From Octopus bimaculoides (taxonomy: Eukaryota), in NCBI RefSeq assembly GCF_001194135.2, contig NC_068989.1, positions 32,620,242 to 32,676,495 on the forward strand: a stretch of 56,254 nucleotides of DNA, given 5' to 3'. This document shows positions 12,082 through 23,344 of the stretch, piece after piece (the stretch's first letter is position 1; each line of letters opens with the position of its first letter). The translations under genes and the position numbers were made by a program. Below the pieces are notes generated by a model that was not told the origin of the DNA, ran no database searches, and was given only the letters and a program-made list of their open reading frames with translations.

Positions 12082-12327
12082 ATCATCATCATTTAATGTC
12101 CGCTTTCCATGCTAGCATGGGTTGGACGATTTGACTGAGGACTGGTGAAACAGGATGGCAACACCAGGCTCCAGTCTGATTTGGCAGAGTTTCTACAGCT
12201 GGATGCCCTTCCTAACGCCAACCACTCAGAGAGTGTAGTGGGTGCTTTTACGTGTCACCCGCACGAAAACGGCCACGCTCGAAATGGTGTCTTTTATGTG
12301 CCACCCGCACAAGCCAGTCCAGGGGCA
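12082..12327 (-). mobile_element. Short 3'-UTR-only RTE copy nested in the RT of a same-family element
   Basis: (CAT)n tail plus UTR splits the host codons FLVRQ|LQEKF. CTGTC occurs at 12077-12081 and 12328-12332. Confidence 0.85.
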
Positions 12328-13727
12328 CTGTCTTACCAGAAATATAGCATCAGTGGTGCTTTTCCCTGGCACAAACCCAAACTGCATCTCGTCTAGACTG
12401 ACTCTCTCCCTAATTAGTTGCGCTACAACCCTCTCCGTGATTTTCATTACCTGATCCAACAACTTGATACCTTTGTAATTATTTGTATCTAATGCATCAC
12501 TTTTACCTTTGTAGCAGTTGACTATGGTGCTGCTACACCAGTCATTGGGTATGACTCCTTCTGGTATCATTACCATGGAATCTAGAAATTCTACAAGCAA
12601 TTAAAATTTACATACTTGTAAAATTTTAATGGTTGGTGAGTGATTGTGATGGTATGAAAGAAGGTTACCTAGTGATGTTTGATTCCACTATTAATGGTTC
12701 CATTGCAGAAATGCAAATCTTAACTCCAACACATATGTATTGTTGAAACACATCTTTTATTCAAGGTAGTAAGTACATCTGAATGGAACAGAAACTTCTA
12801 TAAGCTACAATACAAAAACATTCAGATCAAAAAAGGCTTCAGAAGAGAAATGTTAGCAATCTAAATAATATTAAAAAGTTTGGAACTGATAGATGAAAAT
12901 ATAATATTACTGTGTATAGAATTCCAAATTTTTGAACAACACATGATTATGGTGGCAAAAATATATGCATGTGTACATGTTTGTATGAAATAAAAAATAT
13001 ACACAGCTGTAATAACCAAAAATATGTATACATTTTCAACATGCATGCAAAGTAAAATATTGAAGTGTGTAGAAGCTCAAAGTACATGACAGTCAACCAT
13101 CAAATAAACACTACTGTTTGCATTTTAGAACATAATGCCACAGTATAAACAAAACATAGTATCTATGTCAGACAACACAAAGGCTATTATAAAAAAGCCC
13201 AACAGACATCAACAGCAAAATCTCAAAAGAATGTAATAATGCTAGAGTTACTAATAGAATTTTTAAGGCAGAACAAGAGTGAGACAAAGAATAACAATTA
13301 TAATATTTTTACCTAATGTCTTTTATTCAAGAGTTGGAAATATCTGGTCTGTTATTCTGGTCAACACTTTGTGATAACTTGTGTTGATATGAAGAGAATA
13401 TGGTGTTCTGACATAGAATTGGTATTTTCAGTTGTGAAGTTGGTAAAAGTTGATAAGTAGGAAATTGTTGGTTGCTGTGTTTAGTTCTGTGATGATGACT
13501 GAGTTTTATGGCAACTGGTTGTAATTCTAAAGGTACAGATGTCATGTTTTGTATATACTGTGACCTTACATCTTGCTAACAGTAGTTGATTGTAGTTCTG
13601 AAGACAACTGAGTGATAATCTGCTACGGTATTTGGCTGAAATGTTGAAGTTGAGACTGTTGTCCAGAAAAGGACAAAGAGAGAGTGTCTTACTGACAAAG
13701 AATCTGGAGCACAACTAATTTGTTAAA

Positions 13728-13766
13728 ACAGTTCTATATTTAAATATCCGTCAAATGTAAATAATG
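13728..13766. mobile_element. Minimal footprint of the hammerhead-SINE family (two inverted tail ends only)
   Basis: acagttctatatttaa (reverse complement of the tail end) is joined to atatccgtcaaatgtaaataatg. Flanked by taatttgt(t/c)aaa at 13716-13727 and 13767-13778. Confidence 0.8.
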
Positions 13767-13899
13767 TAATTTGTCAAAGTAAAATATCTGTGCATTTAGT
13801 CTTAAAGACTGCTATCTTTTCCTCTTCAGGCAACTTTGGGTACCAAAACAACATAGATGAAAACAGTAACTGTGGTCTATTAGTAAAAAACGACTTGCA

Positions 13900-15600
13900 A
13901 CAAAAGGAAATGGTCTGATTGGTTCAAAATGACCAAGAAAATGAACCAACCATGTAACGTTTCTTAGTGTTTGCTGCTACGTTCGCTTTACACCTTGGAA
14001 AAACATTTGGTAACGGTAGCCGAAGTGAGCAGTTTTCCCTTTGGTAGAACCCTTAATTGAGGGACGTTAATATATGAGATTGCTGACGGAAGATTCGTTT
14101 AACGAAGCAACAGACAAGAAACAAAAAATTAAAAGATATAAATGAGATTTAGTGTCCGCTGAAGAATGTTAATGCGCTTTTTTAGGGAATATTTGAAGGA
14201 ATAGTTTTTAGAAAATGGAAATCAAATAGTATAAACATTACTACTAGATTATGGACTCCTAAAAATGCCGTTCTTCGTTATCTAACCTGCTGAGAAAACC
14301 TATTACATCCTATTAGAAAAGTGTTTCGGATATTTTATACGGCAATGACAAAGGGACGTAACTTTATCAAAATATTTAATAAATATGGGTAGATGTGCTC
14401 AGATCCGAAACTTCAATCTCTGAAAAATAATTTTGGGTATTTGGAGCGAATTCACCAATGGAGCTAAGCAATTCCTTAAAGTAAAGGTTGTTCCTGTCAA
14501 GCTAACCTCAAATTAACAACACAGAATGGTAAAGGTTACTGCTGCTTTTATTCGACCTCTCTATCAAAATCAAGATCGACAAAAAATCGTATTCTATGGA
14601 GCTGAAATGGTAATCATTTATGCCAAACACATAACGTCTTGAGTAAAATAACTGACAAGTCGAAAGCGTTACGGTACTTAAAACTACTAAGTTGACCAGC
14701 ATATAAACAAGCACAGGATATTAATGGTAATGAAACTGACGAAAATTTTAATACAAAATATGTGCCACTCGAAGTTCACCATTAGATTTGTAGAAGAAAG
14801 CGAGAAAGAGGACAATAAAATTAAAAAATTTATTTTCATTAGGTGAAATGTATTTGGGATGTATTATCGTTTTGCCTGGGTTTGATTAGATTATCAAGTA
14901 AAAACTTCAGGTCTTCCCCTTTATTTATGCATTTAATAACCTTGGGAAAATGTGAACTGCACAACATACCATTTTCTCATAACTATAAATCTGAAATCTC
15001 GTACTTTACCAAAATTAAATATTTTTCCAGTGTTAGTAAATGTAAAAATATTGCGGTAGTTTTAATTTAGTTCCATCTTTTCGGAATTTTTTTCTGGAAT
15101 TATTGTTCTAGCAAATAAAATAAATATTGCCAATTTTTATGGTATTGTCTATTAAAATAGATTTTTTCAAAGATGATTGGAATTACTTGGGACAATACTT
15201 AACGATAATAAAATTGTATTGGTTAAAAATGTAATTTTCATCACGTAAGTTCCAAGTACCATGTGCGATATGTTTACTTTAACAAAATGTTACATCCGGT
15301 TTCGTGGATATCTGGGATAGCTGATGCGAACTATTTCTGTATAAAAATCTCTAACCATTGCCTATTTGAATGTACGGAAGGTCAATAGCATAACTTATAA
15401 ACTTGGTGGCGGTAGTATGTGAGAATTTCCAATTGTACTATGATTTTGGAGACCGTACATTTTAGAACTAAATTAACCGAAATGGTCAACTCAGTTCCTT
15501 CCTTCCACCCATACTTCTTTCTTTCTTTATTCTTTTCTGAAAGAAGAAAGAAAACGAGTATATTGAAAAAAGAGTTACACGCAAAGCTTTCGGGAAACTG
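13900..15600. promoter_or_regulatory. CpG-retaining unique patch, candidate promoter/5' gene end
   Basis: CG dinucleotides are visibly frequent here versus near-absent in 12.6-13.9 kb. Inverted CCAAT box ctgATTGGtt at 13915-13924. No TE similarity recognised. Confidence 0.35.
14526..14609 (+). CDS. Possible short first coding exon of an unknown host gene
   Basis: ATG at 14526, MVKVTAAFIRPLYQNQDRQKIVFYGAEM, then a GTAATC donor-like site at 14610. No homology recognised. Confidence 0.15.
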
Positions 15601-15646
15601 AAATTTCACAGATTGTCATCCCATTTTTTTCTTTTTTTCCTTTCAT

Positions 15647-16041
15647 AGGCGCAGGAGTGGCTTTGTTGTAAGAAGCTTGCTTCCCAACCACATGGTTCCA
15701 GGTTCAGTCCCACTGCGTGGCACCTTGGGCAAGTATCTTTTACTTTAGCCTCAGGCTGGCCAAAACCTTGTGAGTAGATTCGGTAGATGGAAACTGAAAG
15801 AAGCCTGTCGTATGTAAATATATGTGTGTGTGTTTGAGTGTCTGTGTTTGACTCCCCACTATTGCTTGACAACCGATGTTGGTGTGTTTACATCCCTGTA
15901 ACTTAGCGGTTTGGCAAAAGAGACTGATAGAATAAGTACTAGGCTTACAAAGAATAAGTCCTGGGGTTGATTTGTTCAACTAAAGGCAATGCTCCAGCAT
16001 GGCCACAGTCAAATGATTGAAACAAGTTAAGAATAAAAGAA
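15647..16041 (+). mobile_element. tRNA-derived SINE, family A
   Basis: aggcgcaggagtggc...ggttcagtccc head, gcaccttgggcaag core, internal TG tract, A-rich tail. Closely similar to the 27042 copy. Confidence 0.9.
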
Positions 16042-16347
16042 TCTTTGGGTGTTTAAGTGAAACTTAATAAAATTGATCTTTGAATGTGCAGACAAATTTC
16101 GGTTAGATAAGATTATGTACAAAGATTGGAACTAAAGTAGAGAGATTTGATGATCCAAGAAGAGAAGGAAAATAAGAGAAAAAGATAGAAAGATGCATAC
16201 AAAAAAGTAAAATAATGAAATGAGAGAGAAAGAGAGGAAAGAAATTATCACTGTAAAGAAGAATAGAAATAAAATATGGAAGACATTAATAAATAAGTTA
16301 TGGGAGATATGGAAACATGTAAGTCAGGTAAAACATTGTAGAATAGC

Positions 16348-16617
16348 ACATTATTTACATTTGACGGATATTTGTCCTCATCTTGTTTGTTGCTAACACA
16401 ATGTTTCTGCTGATATACCCTCCAGCCTTCATCATATAATAATAACATTAGAAAATACCTTAGGAATGAAAACCCAGGTTCAAAATTTCCCCAAGACACC
16501 TGATGAAGGCTGGAGAGTATATCAGCCGAAACGTGTTAGCAACAAACAAGATGAGAGCAAATATCCGTCAAATGTAAATAATGTACATAATTCCTCATCT
16601 CTTAAATATAGAACTGT
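16348..16617. mobile_element. Inverted pair of hammerhead-SINE tails with 13-bp TSD (no tRNA head)
   Basis: Left arm 16348-16434 (minus) and right arm 16435-16617 (plus, containing cctgatgaaggctgg...cagccgaaac). attgtagaatagc occurs at 16335-16347 and 16618-16630. Confidence 0.9.
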
Positions 16618-16699
16618 ATTGTAGAATAGCTATAGAGGGAAACAGAACACATTTTCAAGAATGTGCTCAGCTTCCCCAAAGCACATTCTTCAAAATTGG

Positions 16700-18300
16700 A
16701 ACCTTTTTTAATAATTTTTTAATTCATTAGTTCCTTTTGTCAAGTTTTGTAATTTGCAAAGAATCTTGCACTACTAAGCTTGCTGAACATGGTTTCTATT
16801 TGTGGCAAAGGATAAGCTTCCGTGCATTTTTTTTTTTTATTTAGGTGAACTTTGTAGTCAGGACACATATGCAGTCATCCATTTTTCTTTTTAACTCACA
16901 CAACTCGAGAAGTATTGACTATGCCACCCAGAGCGCATTTTTAAATTACACCTTTGGCTTCCAATACATCTATATCCTTTGCTACATCTTCCTCAAGAGT
17001 AACAGGTACACTTCTGGTGGCACAAAATTTATTAGAGGCATTAGTTATTAATTTGACAGAAGTTTGCACTCCTTTTATCGCTGGCAGAAATGACTCAATG
17101 CTGCAAATTGTTTCAGAATTGAGCAGGTCATGACCTGTGGTTACCTTTAATTATTTTAAAAGTATGGAGGAATTGCAGACCTCCTTGTTTCACCATAAAG
17201 CAAGCACCCCCAATGCATTCGATGTGGTGCTCATGATACAATTTGTATGAAGTATGTTACCATGTAATCGTCGTGCCAATACCCTTTGCGATTATGGATG
17301 AGATAATGCTGCAGGGAGCACCTAAATCATGCATCACGTCTATCATGTGCCCGTTAATTGAGACAGATTCAAACACAGGTTTTTCCAATGTGTGACTGAT
17401 AAGAGTCATGATTACTCATTCTGATGACTCATTCTGCAATCATTCGTGGTGCTTTTGCAGTTTTGCATAGTGGCATTTCTTGCCACAGTTTTTGCAGATA
17501 GCTTTTATTGCAGGGCATTTGTATTGTGGGAACCAGAGTTTTCCACTGTGGTAACAAGATTTGTCACTCAAATTTTGTCTATCTTGTGCGGTCGTTTTGG
17601 AATAGACAATGATTTCCCCTTTTAAATTGTTGCAAAATTCAGATATTTGCGAAGAATGTAAAAGTTGTACTGTAGCTTCTAAACTGAGTTTGTTAACTTC
17701 ATTAGCTTGAAAAACTTTCTCTCTTTCCTCACTGCCTCTTAGACCAACAATCAACTGAGACAGTATTAGTTTTTCACTCATTGATGTTTTAGACATTTTC
17801 AGACATTGGTGTGTCACAAATGTGAAAGAAATTGAATCATTGGGTTGTTGAACAGTGGAGAAGAATTTTGTTCTTTCAGCTAATATCAGTTTCTTTGAAA
17901 GAGCAACTCGATTTAGAATCAAATTTTTTAGGTCATCGTAAGTCATTTTCATAATATTCTTCGGGATATTAATATCTTGGAAAATTGTTAATACTTGTAT
18001 TTCTACCAAAGAAATGGATTTCATAGTCATAGGACTTGGGTCATTATCTTGTAGATTATCCTTTAATTCATCCATGTAAGCTTTTGCTTCGAATGCCATG
18101 AGCCAGGTTGAGATGTTTTCTATTGACTTTAAGTTTACATCACCAAAAGATTTTTCTTGCCCTATTAGCAACGCCATTGTTAAGTTTTGTGATTTGCTTA
18201 TTTAATAAGCACAGGTATAGTAGCAAGGATCAAATAGCTGTAAACTGCGAATTTCTATCTCACCATAGTAGAAGTACAACCAACAGCAGAACATATGAGA
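16700..18300 (-). mobile_element. Old Ty3/Gypsy LTR retrotransposon relic (LTR end, PBS, gag, RT N-terminus)
   Basis: gag ORF 17440-18177 ending in the CKNCGKKCHYAK knuckle. RT-like RSVPVTLEEDVAKDIDVLEAKGVI...PDYKVHLNK...AYPLPQIETMFSKL at about 16770-17030. ...cttaaCA followed by aTGGCG (PBS-like) at 18178/18176. Confidence 0.85.
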
Positions 18301-18628
18301 AGGGGTAACAACACCAACTGTAATTCTGTAGCGATGGAATCAACTGTTGATTCTTTATTACCCACAAGGGGCTAAACACAGAGGGACAATACAAGGACAG
18401 CACAAGTGGGGAAAGAAATAAACAAATGAAACAAGACGACATGAAAAAAGGAATGGGTGGATGAAATGATGGCCACTCGAACCCCACACTCCCAGTGATC
18501 TCACTGAAACCTTTTTTTTAAAGCATTATTTGTACAGTCAATTAAACAATTTCAGAGTCTTTGAAACTATTTTGACGTCATTAACTCTTCCATTTTATCG
18601 TTTCTGGATATTTAACTTGGAAACTTAC

Positions 18629-21600
18629 CATAGTAGGCAATCTGTCATTATTCCTTTCTACTGTTTGCTCTTTTGTTGCATCTTAGTGCCTTTGTAATAC
18701 TCTTATTCTTAGATCTTCTCCACTCTCCACTGTTTGCTCTTCCGTTGCATTTTGGTGCCTTTGTGATATTCTTATTCTTAGAGCTTCTCTCCTGTCACCT
18801 CTTTGCTCTTCCTTTGTATCTTGGTACCTTTTTGAGGCTCTTACTCTTAGATCTTCTCTCATCTCTGCTGCTGGCTCTTCCGTTGCATTTTAGCACATGT
18901 ATGAGGCTCTTTTATTAGATCTTTTTCCCTCTAAGCTGTTTGCTCTTCTGTTGCATCTTGGCACCTTTGTGGTGCTCTTATTCTTAGATAATATATCCTC
19001 TCTGCTGTTTGCTCTCCTGTTGCATTTAGTCACTTTTGTAATGCTCTAATTTATAGATATTCTGTCTTCTCTGCTGCTTATTCTTCCTTTTCATTTTGGC
19101 ACCTTCTTGATGCTCTCATTCTAATATCTTCACTCTTCTCTGTTACTTGCTCTTCCATTGCATCTTGGTGCCTTTGTGATGCTCTTATTCTTAAATCTTC
19201 TCTCCTCTCTGCTGATTGCTCTTCTGTTGTATCTTGGGGCATTTGTGATGCTCTCATTCTTAGATATTCTCTCCTCCCTGATGCTTGCTCTTCCATTGCA
19301 TCTGGGTGCTTTTCTGATGCTCTTATTTTTAGATCTTCTCTCTTCTCTTCTGCTTGCACTTACCTTGCATCTTGGTGCCTTTGTGATGCTCTTCTTTTTA
19401 GATCTCTTTTCTCTGCTGTTTGTTCTTCCTTTGCATCTTGACATCTTTGTGAGACTCTAGTTCTTAGCTCTTCTCTCCTCTCTGCTGCTTGCTCTTATGT
19501 TGTATCTTGGGTCCTTTCTGATACTCTCATTCTTAGATCTTGTCTCATCCCTGCTGCTTACTGTTCCTTTGCATATTGGTGCCTTAGTGATGCTCTTTTC
19601 TTACTCCTGTCTGCTGTTTCTTCTTCTTTTGCATCTTGGAGCCTTTGTGATGCTCTCATTCTTTGATCTTCTCTCCTCTCTACTGCTTGCGCTTCCTTGC
19701 ATCTTGGTGCCTTTGTGATAGTCTTAGTTCTTGAGCATCTTTCCTCTCTGCTGTTTGCTTTTCTGTTGCATCTTGGAACTTTGTGATGCTCTTATTCTTA
19801 GATCTTCTCTGCTCTCTGCTGCTTACTCTTCTGTTGCATCTTAGCGTTTCTGTGATACTCTTTTCCTAGATCTCTCACCTGTGCTGCTTGCTCTTCTGTT
19901 GCATCTTGGCACCTTTGTGATGCTCTTATTCTTAAACCTTCTCCCCACTCTGCTGCCTACTCTTCCGTTGCATCTTGGCACCTTTGTGATGCTCTTGTTC
20001 TTAGATCTTCTCTCCTGTCAGCCACTTGCTCTTCCATTGCCTCTTGGCACCTTTGTGAGGTTTTTATTCTTTGATGTTCTCTCCTCTTTGCTGCATGGAC
20101 TTCCCTTGCTTCTTGCTGCCTTTGTGATGGTCTTATTTTTTGATCATCTTTCCTCTCTACTGTTTGCTCTTTTGTTGTGTTTTGGAACTTTGTGATGCTC
20201 TTATTGTTAGATCTTGTCTCCTCCCTACTGTTTGCTCTTCCATGGCATCTTGGTGCCTTTGTTATGCTCTTATTCTTAAATCCTCTCCTGTCTCCTATTT
20301 GCTCTTCTATTGTATCTTGGCACCTTTGTGATGCTCTTACTCTTAGGTCTTTTCTCCTCTCTGCTGCTTGCACTTCCTTGCATCTTGGTGCCTTTGTGAT
20401 GGACTTATTTTTTGATCATCTTTCCTCTCTGCTGTTTGCCTTTCTGTTGCATCTTGGAACTTTGTCATGCTCTTATTCTTCAATCTTCTCTGTTCTCCAC
20501 TGCTTACTCTTCCGTTGCATCTTAGCACCTTTGTGATGCGCTTTTATTAGAGCTTCTCTCACCTGTGCTACTTGCTCTTCTGTTGCATCTTGGCAGTTTT
20601 GTGATGCTCTTATTCTTAAATCTTCTCTTCTTTCCGTTGCATATCTTCCATTGCATCTTGGCACCTTTGTGATGCTCTCATTCTTAGATCTCTCCTCTCT
20701 GCTTTTTTGCTCGTTTCATCTTGTGGCATTTGGGATGCTGTTATTCTTAGAACTGCTCACCTCCCTTCTGTTTGCTCTAGCTTTGTATCTTGGTGCCTTT
20801 TTGATGATCTTATTCTTAGATCATTCTCCTCTCTGATGCTACTTTCTTAGATCTTCTCTCCTGTCTGCTACTTGCTCTTCTATTGTATCTTGGCACCTTT
20901 TTGAAGCTCTTACTCTTAGATCTTTTCTCCTCTCTGCTGCTGGCTCTTCCATTGTATTTTAGAACCTTTTGTTAGATCTTCTTTCCTGTAAGCTGTTTGC
21001 TCTTCCATTGCATCTTGGCACTTATTCTTAGATAATATGTCCTCTCTGCTGCTTACGCTTCCTTTGTGTCTTGGTGCCTTTGTGATGCACTTTCCTTAGA
21101 TCTTCTCTCCTTTCTCCTGCTTGGTCTTCTGTTGCATCTTGACATCTTTGTGAGGCTCTTATTCTTAGATTTTCTCTCCTCCTGGTTGCTTGCATTTCCC
21201 TTACACCTTGGTGCCTTTATGATGCTCTTATTTTTAGATCATCTTTCCTCTAAGCTGTTTGCTCTTGTTTTATCTCAGGGCCTATGTGATACTCTGATTC
21301 TTAGATCTTCTCTCCTCTCTGCTGTTTGCTCTTCCGTTGTACCTTGGCATTTTGTGATACTCTTATTCTTAGATAATATGTCCTCTCTGCTACTTCCTCT
21401 TCTGTTACATCTTGTCACATTTATGATGCTCTTATCCTTAGATATTCTGTCTTTGCTGCTGCTTACTCTTCCTTTTCCCTTTGGTGCCTTTGTGATGCTC
21501 TCATTCTAAGATCTTCACTCCCCTCTGCTACTTGCACTTCCGTTGCATCTGGACGCCTTTGTGATGCTCTTGTTCTTAGATCTTCTCTCTCCTTTGCTGC

Positions 21601-21919
21601 TTGCTCTTCTGTTGTATCTTGGGGCGTTTGTGATGCTCTCGTTCGTAGATCTTCTCTCCTCCCTGCTGTTTGCTCTTCCATTGCATCTTAGTACCTTTGT
21701 GATGCTCTTATTCTTAGATCTTCTCTGCTCTCTGCTTCTTGCTCTTCTGTTGTATCCTGGGGCGTTTGTGATGCTCTCATTCTTAGATCTTCTCTTTTCC
21801 CTGCTGCTTACTCTTCCTTAGCAACTTGGTGCCTTAGTGATGCTCTTTTCTTACTGGTGTTTGTTGTTTGCTCTTCCTTTGCATCTTGAAGCCTTTGTAA
21901 TACTCTCATTCTCCTCTCT
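18629..21919 (-). repeat. Decayed tandem array of about 47 x 69-bp units encoding STPR-like 23-aa repeats
   Basis: Plus-strand unit cttagatcttctctcctctctgctgtttgctcttccgttgcatcttggtgcctttgtgatgctcttatt (69 nt). The minus frame reads (A)TEEQTAERREDLRIRASQRHQD, with many stops and indels. Confidence 0.9.
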
Positions 21920-21966
21920 CTATATATACAAATATATAAAAACACTACGCTCATTATTATATTAGA

Positions 21967-21969
<3 letters not shown>
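21920..21969 (-). mobile_element. Helitron-like 5' terminus directly upstream of the STPR-like array
   Basis: Minus strand A|TCTTCTAATATAATAATGAG, similar to the 5' end at 4973. No matching CTAG 3' end was found. Confidence 0.45.
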
Positions 21970-22015
<46 letters not shown>

Positions 22016-22259
22016 CACACATATAGGATCTAATTTGTTTCAGTTACAAAATCAGTCCCTTTACTTTTGCTCAGATTGTTTTCAAATTTGGTGTATCAAT
22101 GCAGTTCTGAATGGTGATTATGTTCAACTAATTATTGCATCTCTTATTGGTTACATATTTGGTGTGAGACTAGGTTGGCTCTTTAAATTAGTTGTACTTT
22201 ATTTGGTAGGGTTCCACACAATTTCTGTTTCACCAATTTTACTCCCAATGCTTTGGCCA

Positions 22260-22630
22260 CCTGACAGATTAACTACTAAGTCACTCACAGACGTTCTCCA
22301 TCCTCTGATGCCCAGACATTCTGTGTCCCCTCTCTCTACCATTTCTACTACTACTATATGGCTTCTGCTCCTTGCAGCTAGCTGAGCTCACCTTACCTCC
22401 TCTCAAACATTCCCATCCTACTGGCCTCTTCTCTTTTCATCATCCCTCTTATGTTCACTCCCACCCCACCCCCACCTACAAGGTCTCACAGTTATCACTA
22501 TGCTCAGTCCTTCCACCCCAAAATGGCTTCTCTCAGGAAAGCCCTCCCTGCTCATGTCTTTCCCACAGATGTTGGTTTACAAAGGTTCACAAGGAACATC
22601 AATGGCATTAATCATTAACCTCACTCATCT
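22260..22630 (+). mobile_element. CR1/L2-group LINE C-terminal relic
   Basis: Fragments resembling SLSxFYxYYYGFCSxxLA and QSFHPK...RKALPAHVFP match the typical post-RT motifs SLFYRYY..CS.EL and SFFPRT..LWN.LP. Confidence 0.55.
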
Positions 22631-23344
22631 GTGTAGGACATGGTCACTGTCCCTTCTTTCAGACCCAATATTGATAGAAGATAAAACAAAAAAAAAATCA
22701 AACCAAAACTAGGCTAAAAGATACTTGCTCAAGGTGTGATAGAATTGGATTGGACTCAACACTAACATGTCAGGATTATGAAGTGAACTTGTTAATCACC
22801 TGGTCATGTGCCCGTCCCCCACTCTTGCCTGATATGTAGAGGTAAAACTGTACATGTGGTGGGCAAGTAAGTAGGTTTGGTAGGTTTGGGTCCTGTTGAG
22901 GAAGAAATAATAAACTCTGAGGAACTGAAGCTGGCAGAATGAATCAGAATAGTTATTTCCTAAATGGTACAGAAGGAAAAAAGGGCACAGAATTGAGGGG
23001 TGGGATGTGAAAGATTAGAACATTTGAAGAAATTTTCCATTATAGAAACAAAGATTAAAAACAAAGTGACAGAAACATGCCCACCTCACTTTTCCTTTTC
23101 TGTGAGGTATAGAACTTTGAAGGACTGTTGTTCCAAAAATTCTGCCCAGAATGGATGGAGTGCCAGACTAAATGCTTTGTTCTATTTAGTAATATTCCTC
23201 TGCATTCTGAGTTCAAATCCCACAAAAGTCAGTTTTACCTTTAATCCAACAGGTATCAATAAAATAAGTTACACTAGAATAGCTTGCCAATAACAACACA
23301 TTTCTCCATTCTTTTTGATTATCTTCATTCTTCTGTTAGAAAAA

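Larger units (their letters stand above)
10191..12585 (-). mobile_element. RTE LINE, 5'-truncated (RT to 3' tail), interrupted by a nested copy
   Basis: (CAT)n tail at 10191, 3' UTR repeats, RT ORFs 11036-12022 and 12226-12600 (IPNDWCSSTIVNCYKGK...QFGFVPGKSTTDAIF). Confidence 0.92.

Noticed and set aside
13327-13714. Short minus-strand ORFs in unique-looking DNA
   Set aside because: No recognisable motif, no consistent frame and no convincing splice pairing.
16845-17051. Plus-strand ORF with a polypyrimidine/AG acceptor, resembling a host exon
   Set aside because: The opposite strand encodes recognisable Gypsy RT motifs, so this is a shadow frame.
18673-21821. Many Leu-rich, membrane-protein-looking ORFs on the plus strand
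   Set aside because: They are antisense shadows of the 69-bp E/R-rich repeat array.
18629-21919. Regular repeat array considered as CRISPR-like
   Set aside because: Contiguous degenerate units with no unique spacers, no cas genes, and a eukaryotic context.
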